Below are positions 24,832 to 37,400 of a stretch of 64,000 nt of DNA, one piece after another. Below the pieces are notes generated by a model that was not told where the DNA came from, made no database searches, and saw only the letters and a program-made list of their open reading frames with translations. Position 1 is the first letter of the stretch. The number at the start of each line of letters is the position of its first letter. The DNA is taken from NCBI GenBank assembly GCA_965178125.1, contig OZ237762.1, positions 558,001-622,000 of the forward strand, given 5' to 3'. Both the position numbers and the translations under genes were made by a program. Source of the DNA: Bilabrum cf. latius. Lineage: Eukaryota.

Positions 24832-25446
24832 GCAGGGCGTTCGTTCCTGTTTGAGCTAGATTTTGCATCTTGGGAGGATGGGTTTTGAGGCAGAGTCGAG
24901 GAGGAGGATCTGGAATCTGGACGGCGGGTCTGGATAGGAGGAGTTGAGACTGTGCTTGTGCTTGGCAGCTGGTTGGCGATGAACGGGGCAGGGAGTGGGT
25001 GCGAGTTTGGCTGGCCAGCTGTCTTTGGCGTCGATCATTGTGTTTTTGCTCGGGTGGTTTGGGGCGGTGGCTTGCGGGGCTGTTCGGCAGGATGACCAGT
25101 TGGTGTGGCGTGTGCCGCGGTGGTGGCAATCACGGACTGCGATGGCTTGTTGGTTGCGCGGGTTTTCTCTCGCTGGCATTCGTGGATGGAGACACCTGTG
25201 CTTGGGATCCACTGGGTTCTTTTGAACCCGGTGTGAGGTTGCTTGCGTCGGGAGGCGGATGGTGTTTTGGACCCGGTTGGCGGCTTGATTTGATCGTGTG
25301 ACTAGCAAGTGGAAAGATCTTGTAAATTCCGTTGGCTGAAGACGGCATTAGCCTTGACCGTGATCCACCAGTTGTCAAACGGAGGAACCCGGAACCATCA
25401 GGCCGAAGCTAACCATCGCGCATATAATCACGCCAGGCAAGGACAA

Positions 25447-28400
25447 ATGGAACGAAGAAGACTGCGGTTTGGTCTAAAAGAACGCATATGGACTTCGGCA
25501 GCATTTGTAGGGCAGTTTGCGGACCCTTATGCAAGTGGTGAGACTACGCATGAGTGGCAGTCAAGGATCGTTAGCTTGCGGATTTCGCATTTTCGAGATG
25601 TTCAACCGATTCCTTAAGGTGACGCGCAGGCACTGGATGCGAAGGTGGTCACATGGCACCATCCCTGCGGACTCTTGCTCGCATTCTCAGAGGCTTAGTG
25701 TCCAATTCCTGCGGTGATCCACCAGTCACTGATGAAGTTTGCTAGGCCCTGCGTTCCATTGCAGATAAAATGGTAGTAGCCGCTCGCTATGGGGAATAGC
25801 TTCTAAAGGGCGCCAACGAACCGCAAGTGCTAATGCGCGTGGCGGCGCGTGCTGCGGACGAATGCGCATAGCTTGCGGTTGGTGCCAGCATGCTGCTGCC
25901 CGGGGGATGGAGATCCGCAAGTGGTGGTCACGCAATCATGTTTCTTATCGAGCGGCAGGCACACGATTCGTATCTATTTGCTGTCATTAACACTGGGTCG
26001 GGCGCTGAGCATCATCCGAGGACTAGACTGAAGCATCCTCTGGAATCGGAGCAAGCGAGAACAGCAATTGCCCTCAAGAACATACCGCTATCGCGCATCT
26101 CGGACCGTGGAATTTGGTTCATGATGCATGGTATGTCATTTTCTTCGTCAACTCCATCGACCAAGAACGACCTGTACGAGGTGCTCCTCCCGCACCTGGC
26201 GGGCAAGACGACCCTTCGGGAAGCGATGATCGAGGCTGCGGGCGAGCACGGGCCCTTCGCGACCCTGCAGCGGGCGGGGTCCTGCTACTACAGGTGCGTG
26301 CTGCACGCGCTGCGCTACATGATGCAGCGGATGGCATTCGCGCCTGATCAGATCAAGCAGGTGACCTTCGCCGTCCGCCTGCAGTACCTTCGTGTGGCGC
26401 TGCGTCAGCTGCGTGCAGGTGTCGGTGACGAGGCCCCGGCAGTGGACGAAGAGAGGGACGAGGACGATGACGTGGAGGAGAAGGACTGGGAGGAGATCGA
26501 GGACGAGCAGGACGAGGAGCTCAAGGCGCTCGAGGCAGAAGTGGGCATCGAGGCGCCCAAGAGCTCCGACGTGCCGACGTCGGAGGGTGGCAAGGGGGCG
26601 GTTGGTTCCGCAAGCAGCGGCGCCGCGTCGGGCGCGGGCGCATCTGAGAGCAAGACGAGCGAGGAGGAGGCCCCTCTGGGCAGGATCGTGCTGCTGCCCT
26701 GGGAGGTCCGTATCCTGGACATCGCCTGCAGGCAGACTGCGCGGGCCGCTGCCAAGAGGAGAACCACGGGGCTGCTGGACGACGCAGGCACTCGTCACAC
26801 ATCGGAGCTGATCCGGGAGATTCGATTCCGGACAGCCTTGCTTGACCACACGGGGGCCATGGGGCTTACCCCTGACGAGGCCTCTGAGCTGGGGCCCGAG
26901 GTGGTGGCCATGTGCGAGAGGCAGGCCCTGGTGCTGGGCCCTCCCAAACTGGGGCTGGGCGCGTCTATCCCTGCGGAACCGGTGCGCGGCTTCCATGGCT
27001 GGGACGCAGTGGCTGACATGCGCTCCACGGACGTGTTCGCAGGCGGCGAGGCAGCTACGAGCGCTGATCCGTTCCTGGACCTGACCGAGCCCAGCAAGCC
27101 CAAGCGGGACAGCTGGGGCCGCGTGCTTGTGGGAGCAGAGGCGCGGGAGGACGTCGAGGAGCTGGGCCCCGAGGACTACGTGAAGGCTCAGCGCTAGCAG
27201 TTTTAGAAGACATTCAAAGCGCTGACAAGGGCTCAGGGACGCTGCGTGCAGATGATTCGGCAGGCGCATGGAGGCCTGGGTGACTCTGCGAAGATGCTGC
27301 TCCGCGCCTACATCGAAGAGGTGATCCTGGAGCGGGTGCCGATCCCTCAGGCCCCGGTGGTGCTGTCGGGCAGCGAAGATGACGACGAAGACGACAAGAA
27401 GAAGGAGGAGGGAGAGACCTCGGGTGCTGGTGACTCGGAACGCAAGACGGCAGAGGGCAAGCAGGACGACGAGGACACCGGTGATGCACCTCCCCTTGTC
27501 AAGTCCACCGATGACGGCGGGCCACTGCGGCCCGGAGTGGACCCGCAAGCTGTGCCCTAGGACGTGGTGGCTGCACATGGAGATGCAGCTGCATCCAGGG
27601 ACGCGGCCCGCAGCCTCAAGAACAGGCCTGACGTGTTCGACTGCGCCGAACTCTCGCAGCTGGAGCAGAGGACCCTCCTCTCCACAATTTTTGCCATACT
27701 GCAATCCTACCTGTGCGTCACTTGCAGTCTTGAGCACATTCGGCAGTACGGTGGACATGTGCATCTGACTGTCGCTGCCCTGCACGCGCTGTGGGAGCGG
27801 GTGGCACGGATTGAGGCCACTGACGGTCCGCTGGGCGTGACGACTGTGCTGAACCACGGATCCAGGCACAGCACCCCGGGGGGGCAGGTGGACAAGTCCG
27901 CCGGCGATGCCGATGGAGGTGCTGCAGCAGGTGCATCCTCTGGCGCAGGCGCAGACGATGCTGCTCCGAGGGGAGGCGTTGATCACAAGACCTGGGGCCG
28001 TCTTTACGGGTTGGTGCCCATTGAGCCAGCGATCCACATCCGGTTGGATGCGTGCGGTACTCGTTCCTTCCGCTATCACATGCAGTACGGGCTGATGAGC
28101 ACCCCTGCAGCGGTGGCAGCGCGCCCGCTGGTGCTGGAGTACTTTAGGGGCATGGAAGAGCAGTCGCACGGGTTTGCCTTCCACTACCCTCTGAAGCGCT
28201 TCAACAAGATCACGAGGGAGTACTCTCTCGAACAAGTACATCTCTGTTGGAACGCCAGCTTGTCTCTACTTGACCTTACTCCAGAGGCTGAAATCACCGA
28301 TGGCGATATCTACGTAGATAGGAAGCGAGAACGCCCTCGCGGGTAGCCGAAGCCTGTTGTAGACGAGCTTCCAACGCTTGAATAGCTATCCGAGAAGCAA

Positions 28401-31400
28401 AAGATCCGGATCTTCATGGCAACGAAGTGGGCCTACCGTGACTGTCCTGAGCTAGACCAACTAAGGTGCCTTGCCATCCTATCGCACATTGGGCTTCAGT
28501 ACTCCCCAAATGCTTCCAGCAGTGCTGGGAGAATTCCAGGGTAGGTAGTAGCAAGAGCAATACCCAGATATCCGGACCCGGATCCTAAGTCCCCGTTGCA
28601 TCTCCGGATTCACATGTACTCTGGTTCTATCCCGATTTCGGGATCAACAGACTTGCGCGACAAGCTGACTGAGCCTGGCTTTATCCTGTACCGCGCTGAT
28701 CCCACCCATGGCAGCCTCGACGATTTCAAGCTGACAGGCAGGGGCGAAGGAGCAGAAGAGATGGTGCTGCGTGCGGTAAACCTGCCCGACTACGATGGAT
28801 CTGTCTCACCTCAGGACGCCGAAGGGCTCCTGCTGTCCCTGTGCGCGAAGTACATGCGGATCCCTATGCTGCTGCGGTTCCTGGCGGGAGGCAGGCTGGG
28901 CGCACTGTCCCATCCTGAGGTGCAGCGACTGGTGGAGCGGGTGCTGTTTGAGCCATACCACTACTCTGATGCCGCGAGAGAGCGCAAGAATCGTGCTCTC
29001 AAGTTCGCCCATGCCGTGGATGCAGACGTGTCGGCCAGACAGAGGCGCGAGGAGAAGGCAAAGAGGAAGGCAGAGGCAGAGGCAGGGCCTCAGGAGACGC
29101 GCACCACAGTTGGCGATGTGGCAAATGATTCTGGTGAGCAGAAGGGAAGCGATTTTGTGCGCAAGGGTACAGCTAAGGAAGATGAACCGGAGCTTCCCTC
29201 GCTGGAGCTGATCGAGCGTGTTCCTCTACAGGGCCCGGTTGAGCGTGATGTGCTGGGCACGAGGCAGAGCTTCCTGGTGAACGAGCTGAGGGTGGCTCCT
29301 GGCGGGGTGATTGACCCGCTGCTGGCCATGGCGCACGAGGTGGTGCGGATGTGCACGGACCAACCCACCGGTGGATTCAGCTCCACGTTCCTGTTCCTGA
29401 CAGGCGCCATCAGCAAGGTGCTTTCGTTCCTCAAAGACGTGGGCCAGTGCAGTGCATTCACATCGACCCTCGCGCAGCAAGCTGGCAAGAGGGCCATGGA
29501 GCGTGCGGCTCTCTTTCTTCAGGGCACCGCGAGAGCAAAGCTGCTAGACATGATTCGCAAGCAAGTTCAGGTTTGCGCCGCAATTCGTACGAATGCAAGG
29601 AGCAAGGAGCATTCATCTAGGACCTTTTCGACAATGGGTGGTACTACAGCCAAGCAGTCTCTCTTGGCACTACTGAGGCTGCATGCGCACCAAGTGATTT
29701 TGATCGAGGCTGCATCTGGAGTATTGTCAGAGCTGAGCGTGTCCGATGCAACACAATTCCTGGGGTCAGCAGCACTTGTCCGCTCCTGGACGACCAAAAT
29801 AAGTTTTATTGTGGGACCAGGAACGAGCAGTATATCTTCAAATGTGTCTTTGACAGATGGCAGGGACGTGCAAGTACCCGCACTTGATGTATTTAACGCG
29901 ATGCTTCGCTTGAGGCAAAGCGCCATGCGTGCGATCTCGCTGGCCCCGTTGACAGAGCGCCTGGCCTGCTTGTCCTCTATCGCCGCCACTGCACTGCGGC
30001 AGGATTCCACGGCTATTGGCAAGTGGAGGCCCGCACAGAAGGATGATATGGTGTGCGAACGGACGCTAGAGTCGCAGCATCCCATCGTTGCCTCAAGTTC
30101 TGCCACGGAAATAGTTCGCTTTCCGGGGGCCAAGAGCATCACAGTATCATTTGATGAACGAATGCACATGGATGATACAAACGAAGTGCACTTGTACAAG
30201 AGTGAAGACCTTGATGAGACCTGGAGCCCCTCGGGAGGGTACGGTTCCCAGGAATCGAAACTACCTGGTGTAGGTGGTCAGCCTCCACTCGTTATCCCCG
30301 CCGATCATGTCGTGGTTGTGTATAGCACGAAAATTAAAAGGCAGCTTAAGAGCACGAATTATTCTACAAAGCTGCCTTGGGGAGTTCGGTGCACACTAAC
30401 TGCCGAAGTCTCCGAGCAGACTGCGAATGTCCTGGTTGAGTCGTTCGGCACCGGAGAAGACGGCAAGCCCAAGGCACAGCTGAGGTGGTGCAAGCGCGCC
30501 CTGGCCAAGTGCAACAACGACGAGGACGCTGCCCGCGAGTGGCTGGAGGCGAACTTGGACGACATGCGCGAGATGGACGAAGCCCGCAAGCGCAACCTTG
30601 AGCAGCAGGCAGAGGAAAGCGAGGCGGCAGGGTTCTACCGCGACAGCAAGTCAGGCATGGAGCTCAACGTGCAAACGGCAGAGGTGTACGTCCAGGGCAG
30701 GTCCATGTTCCCCATTCCCAGCTCGGTGTCAAGCCACACCCGCTTCTAGAGCATTTTCGGTAGCGACACGCCCCTGTGTGCATTGATCGACACGTCCCAG
30801 TACCGGACTAGGTACGAAATCCGGCACCAGGTGCACAGGATGACGATTTCCGCATGGACGGCGGGATACAAGATGAAGCCGCAAGCGCTGCCACCGCCCA
30901 AGGGAGCCATCCTGTCAGAGGCGGCCCTGAGGCCTCCAGTAGAGGTGCCCAGGCCTGTGCTGCAGAACTCGAACACAACCGCAGGGATCGTTAACGAGGA
31001 CTTCAGGAACGAGTCCATCCTTGAGCTCGTGCCCTCTACTCACATTGCACGGGAGGGCGAGGGCTGGACCCCTGGCGTGGATCCCCCGCTGCCCATTGGC
31101 GATGTGCCTGTGGACATGAGCAACCCTCTTGAGGACCAGGGGGAGGCATCGGCTGACGTGTTCTACTGGGGCCAGCCGGTGCTGCGGGAAGGCGTCGTGT
31201 ACTTCCGTGGGCAGCGATACAAGCAGGAGTACGTGAAGGAGGACGCCGGGTGGCTGGGCGAGATCTTTGGCGAGTCTAGCCACCTGCCCCTGCCCGGTGG
31301 TGTTGACCTGAAGGCTGCCAAGATCTGGGTCAGCGACAAGTTGGCTGCAGCGATGGAGGACGGTGGTGCACTGGGCAAGACTGCCGGTGACTCTGCGATC

Positions 31401-34400
31401 GACGATGCCATCATGGCCAGTCGTGGACCAGGCGACCCATCTGAGGACACGGCCGATGGGCAGGCAAGGCTTCGGCAGTACTAGTACATGGCCATGGTGG
31501 CGAGATAGGCCTTGGGCGCGGAAGGCAAAGAGGACGATCACGGATCAGAGGAAGCGCGGGACAGTTCTGTGCCCAGCCCTGTGCTCGGAACGATGCTAGT
31601 AGAATTCCTCAAAGCTCGATATGCGGGTGGAGGCTGCCATCCCGCAGTTTGGATCGAAGCCGAGGTTCTCAGCGACCGCAAGACGGTACTCATGTACCGT
31701 GTTGTCGAGCAAAACAGACAGACGGAACGACGCTTCCTGTCTACCTCTGACGAGCGATTTGCGCTCAGTACCTCTACTTACACTGCAAATTGCCTACGCA
31801 AGAAACGTTTGCCGCATCCTCTAGCGCAGTACATGGCAGAAGACACTTGTCTTAGCGGATACGGTGCTGTATTTGGATCTTTCACTAGAAAATAGGCGGC
31901 GGTTTACTACGAAGGTGATACCGTGTGGTCGGTGGACATGGAGCGACAGTGCCTCCTGGACCTACCTGCCGTGGACAGGCTTGTCAACCTGAGCTATGCC
32001 GACGGCAAGGGACTAGAGGACGATGAGCCAGCTGAGGAAGACGCGGCTGCACAGGCAGGCGACGATGATGAGGACGAGGACTTGGCTGGCATCGATCGGG
32101 TGGCGAACAACCCGCTCCTGTATCCCCGCACGCAAGAGAGGTATGTGTCTGAGGGCCAGCTGGCCAACCTGATCCCTGCCGCGCTGTCGGACAGCTACGA
32201 GTTCTGGGGTGCGGCAGGCGACAAGTACTTCGGATCAAGCATAGGAAGCGCCGCGGCTTGGCGCGCTGCATCGTTCCTATCCGTGGCAAGTGCCGGTGGG
32301 GATGGCCACAGGGGGGCTGATGCTGTGCCTGAAGCCGTCTTTACAGGCTATCCGCTGGTGGATGCGTTGCGAGACTCGCACCAGGATGCAGACACTATCA
32401 CCCTTGTGAGGGTATTCCGGCGTTTCTACAGCAAGGAGCATTCCGCGGGTCTGCCTATCACTCTGCAGGACATGGCTTCCGGCACCGAGATTGCGAAGCA
32501 GATCCTGGGGAGCTCTGGTGCGCGAGTGGATGTGGAGGCCGTGGTGACCCGCATGTCTCTGTCGAACTTCTTGGAGTTCAAACGACTGTCGTCTATCATT
32601 GCAGTGGTGGCTGACAAGAGAGCGAGCGCCGCAGATGGCGCAGCAGCTGGCGATGGTGCTGTTGTGGTGTCTCCAGAGGAGGCCACGGCGGAGGCAGAGG
32701 CACGCGAGCTGGCTGCCCGCATCCCGTGCCAGACGCTGATCAACCCGCTTCGGGTGCAGTCCGACACGATGAAGAAAGTGGTGGATCTGATCGTACGTAT
32801 CGAGCCTCTATCTGGATCGTTGATCTGGTCAAGTGGGGCTGGGCTGGCCCTGCTGGGCGACTCGCTGTCGTTGAGCCGCATCGAGTGCGTGAGGCTAGGC
32901 ACCGCTTTCGAGCCCAAGGTGGTCAGCGCCAATGCAGCAGTGGCCGAGAAACTATCCAAGGGCCAGACAGTGGACTGGGGCACGGAGCAGCCAAAGTATG
33001 TGAAGCAGGTGCGGCTGATGAGCACGGATGTCTCTGGGGCGTACATCAGCGATCGGCGCGACAGCAGCATGGCCAAGGTGCTGGCATCCCTGCCGCACGG
33101 AGTTGTACTAGAGAATGACATGCACCAGCTGTTTGTCATGCATCCAGGGTGCCATTATCAAATTTTGAGCATTGGGGAAGCGCCCTTATCTACAGATAGG
33201 CGAATGCGTTGGGATTGGTCTCCGCTTGTGAGAGCGGGTGCAGACAAGGGCTTCTACGTGTACCGCCTACACGAGGCCAACGCATTCGTGCACTTCAATA
33301 GTCCCGAGTCTGCTTTCTTCATGGCTGCCTCAGCTGTGGGTGCCCAGGTATTCGACTTGGCCTCGTACAGCATCCGTGGCTGCAGGATAGAGGGTGCCAT
33401 GTCAAACCCGATGAGTTATGCTGCGCGTATGGCGCTTAGTGTGCAGGCTGAGCATCCAGACGCAGTAGCAATTTTGATTCGTTTGCATCATCAGCGACTT
33501 CAAGCTTCCCAAATGACGCTGGGCGGAGATTTGGGTGTGTCCACCGGTGAAGTTGACAAGCTACTCCGACAGTACGACGTTAAACGATCGGCTATGCGCC
33601 CTCAGCTGGCTCCTAACCCAGAGGAGGAGCTAGCCCTGAAGCTCTTTGCTGGGAACGTTAATGACGGAACGGCGCACCTACTTCAAGCTGCTCTTTAGCA
33701 CAACAAACACACAGCAGCGGGCAGCCAGTCATCAGGGTGTTCAGCATCTGTCTCAAGAAATCAAAGAGTCGATGTCGAATTCCAGATTCGCAAAAGGCCA
33801 AGTTTTTCACCAGGCATGGCCCGGCAGCTGCTTCGGGTACATGTACCAGGAGCCTCTGTTGTATACTTCGCAGCTGCATCCGGTGGCTATCTGAAGAAAG
33901 GTAGGCAAGTGGTCAAGGTCTGGCACGATGAAGCTTGTACGATCCCAGTCCGCTCTCGGTGGGACCCGAATGAAGAATCGCCGAGGCTGCTGCAGTTGAC
34001 CGGAAATAGCAAATTCAATGATATTTCCACCCGCACATCACCCTGGCCAAATGGTTTCAGCGTTGATCGATGCGCTGTGATACTTGGTGATACGTTTTAT
34101 ATTGAGTATATCGACAACGGCCGTGACAGCTCTGATGAGGACTAGAGAATGTTCGAAGAAGCCAATTTGCGCAAAGACATCACGGGTCACACTGTGCGCA
34201 CGCAGATTCGAGACATGGATTCATAGAAAGAGCCGTACGTGTACGTCAATGGTTGTCAGATCAAGATTTAGGCATCTGTCCCGCTCAAGAGCCTGGGCGA
34301 GATCCGCGAGGCGATCAAGCACGACGCAATCGCGTGCCGTGCCGACTTGGAGACGAGAGACGAAGATTGCGGGGGGGGCAAGTCTGCCCTGGCTGCTGTT

Positions 34401-37400
34401 GGCGGGGCTAGTGATAGCATTGAGGCCTCTGAGTCTGGCGCTGACTCCGACTCGAGCTGGAAGGTGTCAAACTACACGGAGATCTTGCTGTCTGAGGGCA
34501 AGCCCTGGGACAGCCATTCTCGGCGTGTAATGAGCGGGGAGCTGAAGCTCGTGGATGACATGAGTCTGGTGCAGGGTGTGGATTACGACCACGAGTACCC
34601 AACCAGCAGCTCGATTGAGGCTACTGGGGGCATCCCAGTGGTCATGCCTGCGAGCAAAGTCACTACGCCTGGTGCGGTTGTAGCACATCAGGCTTTCCGC
34701 ACGATCGGCAGCGCTTTGGAGCTCGATTTCGAGGAGAGCTTGAGGAGGAAGAAGGTGTATGACAAGTATCTTGAGGACCAGAAGAGGGCTAAGAAAGATG
34801 CAGTTGCGAGTGCTGCAGAGTTAACAAAACATGACGCCTGTCTCCAGACAGGCTCTCCTGGCAGTGGCAAGACGAATGTTTCAAGCACCAAATCAGCAGA
34901 AGATGCTCGGAACGAGTAGAACACAGTCATTGGGCTGGGCCTATTTGATAAGCTTTCGTCGTCAATGGGCACTACCATAGCGTCTTGGATGTGCAACACA
35001 GCTCCTGATGACACAAGTGGATTCTCTGGCTCCGCAGATTCCGCTGGATATAGTGATGGTGAGCTAAGTGACGCACAGCTCCGGCAGGGTCTTGCGTCAA
35101 AGTGCCACTTGCTAGGTAACGGTCTTCAGTTTGGGGCTTTCAGATGGTTGTACAACTTAGCTACAGGTCGAAGTAGATGCGATTATCTTGAGGGCAAGCC
35201 CATACGAACGCCCAGATTCATTCGCGCCAGAGCTGCGCAAGTTAGGCAGCAAGTAGAGGCCCACAAGGAAGAATAGAAACAGGAATTGAGTGGTGTATCT
35301 GCTGAAAAAAGGCTTGAAATCTCAAAGAGGAGAAGGGCAGAGGAAGAGGCCCGGAGAACCACACCGCGGCAGGTAGCCGTTCCGCACGCAAGTTCAGACT
35401 CAATCCTCGCAGTTGCTATTCGCTCAACGGTCCGTCAGATCAATGAACAAGCACGCCATTATGAGGATCAAGATGGAACTATTATGGCTGCTCTTCTTAT
35501 TTTGGCAGCGAGCACGCTTGCACGGCGGGTCCGTGAAGCAGGTGGCCTCTCTAAAAGCTTCGTTGCTCAGGGACCCGACAACTTTGACCATCAATCTGCT
35601 TTGAAAGACACTTTTATTGGGCTGCATCGCCTCGGTGAGGGATCTAGCATGTCCGATGAGGATCTCATGGCCATGCTCATCGACTTAGATGTTGCATTTG
35701 AGCTCAAGGCTCGTGAAAGGGTAGCAGCAAGTGGCGGGGAAGTCCGCAAAGCTTCTGAACTGCTTCGACCTCAGTACGCGACCAAGCTGCTCGACCATGA
35801 TCGTAATTTTATCGGTCCGCTTCCTATTGTAATACGATCGGTGATGATTCGCTACATCGTGGGTGAGACTTGCCGCACCACAAGCACGAACCACTGGCCC
35901 CCCTTCATGGCAGACCTGCCCGGCCAGGTGGTCGATGCCACGCAGGTGCTGGGCAGCCTCAACACCAGGCCCATGATCGTCGCGAGAGGTTCCAACGAGA
36001 TCGGAGTGTCGCCAGTCGACGGATCTGGAATGACTGACGGCGAGACAGGCACAATCGTCACGCCGGAGCAGTACGCAGCCTACCGCTCGCAGCCAGTGGC
36101 AGACTACATCCGTAAGCAGTTTACCACTGCAGCTGGATGTGCGGTGGTGGATCTCGGTGAAGCTGACCCAATCGTGCTGGCCCCAGCGGAGGGCCATCCA
36201 GACCACCCGGACGGTGCCTTCAGCGAGGATGCTCCCTTCGCCTTGCCCGAGGACACACCTGAGGCGCAGTCGGGCGTGGGCAAGAAGCTGCTGGACCGCA
36301 TCAAGAACGACGTGAAGACCAGTGCAGTGGCAGCCAGGGAGCAGATGGAGAACCAGCTGAGGTGCATGACTCACGACAAGCTGCAGGTGCTCAGGGACTT
36401 CGTGCGAAGCTTCGGAAGTGATGGCGCTGCAAGGTCTGTGCTGACAGCGCCCTCCACCGAGGCAATGCAGCGGGTGTGTCTGGACGCTGCTGGCGTGCTG
36501 TGGAAGATCGACGGCATGTGCTCCTCGCTGGGCTTCACAGAAGGCCAGGCGTCTCAGCAGGGCCTGTCTAGCCTGCTGCAGCTGTACGGGGATAGGCAAG
36601 TTCAGGCCACTGGAGCCATGAGCCCCGGTGCCTCTGTCGATGGCACAAGCAACCTGAGCCAGTTGGCGGGACTCAAGTCGCGGCCCACCTTCGAGATCGT
36701 TGTGCAGTCGATGCTGACTCAGGGAGGGAGAGATGATCTGCTGTCCGCGATTGGCCTGCCTCTGGAAGACAGCACCAGGCGCACTGCAGAGACCGGCGAG
36801 CAGATCGTGATGTCGGCCATGCTGCGTGCATCTCGCAGTCTGCACGCTCGTCGCAGCAGTCAGATGGCCCGTGGGCTGTTCAAGAAGCTTGAGTCTATCC
36901 TGGTGGCATCTGTCCGCAGCACCTTCGCTCTGTCGGTGCTTCCTGCAGAGGGGGGGGGCTCGACGGAGGTGCTTGCCAGCATCGAGGGCAGCTTGATGGC
37001 CGCTGCAGGCATGGCATAGTGGGTGCATGGTGGCTGGATCTCCAGCGGCGGGCCAGTGGTGCTGCCCACGAGGAAGCAGGCACAGCTGGCGGTGTAGGCA
37101 TCCCGCATGAGCGTGCAGGAGGCAGTGGCTCGGCTATCGGCTTGGCAGCTGACTGCATGTGCGTGTGCCGGTGCACTCGGACCTGTGGGCAGCCCGATGG
37201 CAGCTCGGAACGCGAGGCTTGGTGCACTGCTGGCGAACATGTCCAGCGTGGTGACGCATGACTCCGTTGAGGGCAGGCTGTCAGCTGCGAAGACGGCAGT
37301 GGCAGTGGCTATGCACCTGGCCAAGGAGGCTGGAGGTGTGTCTGCTGCTCACGTGCACGCGCTATCCATCAGCGATGCCAGCGGGCTGGATGAGAGCTCT

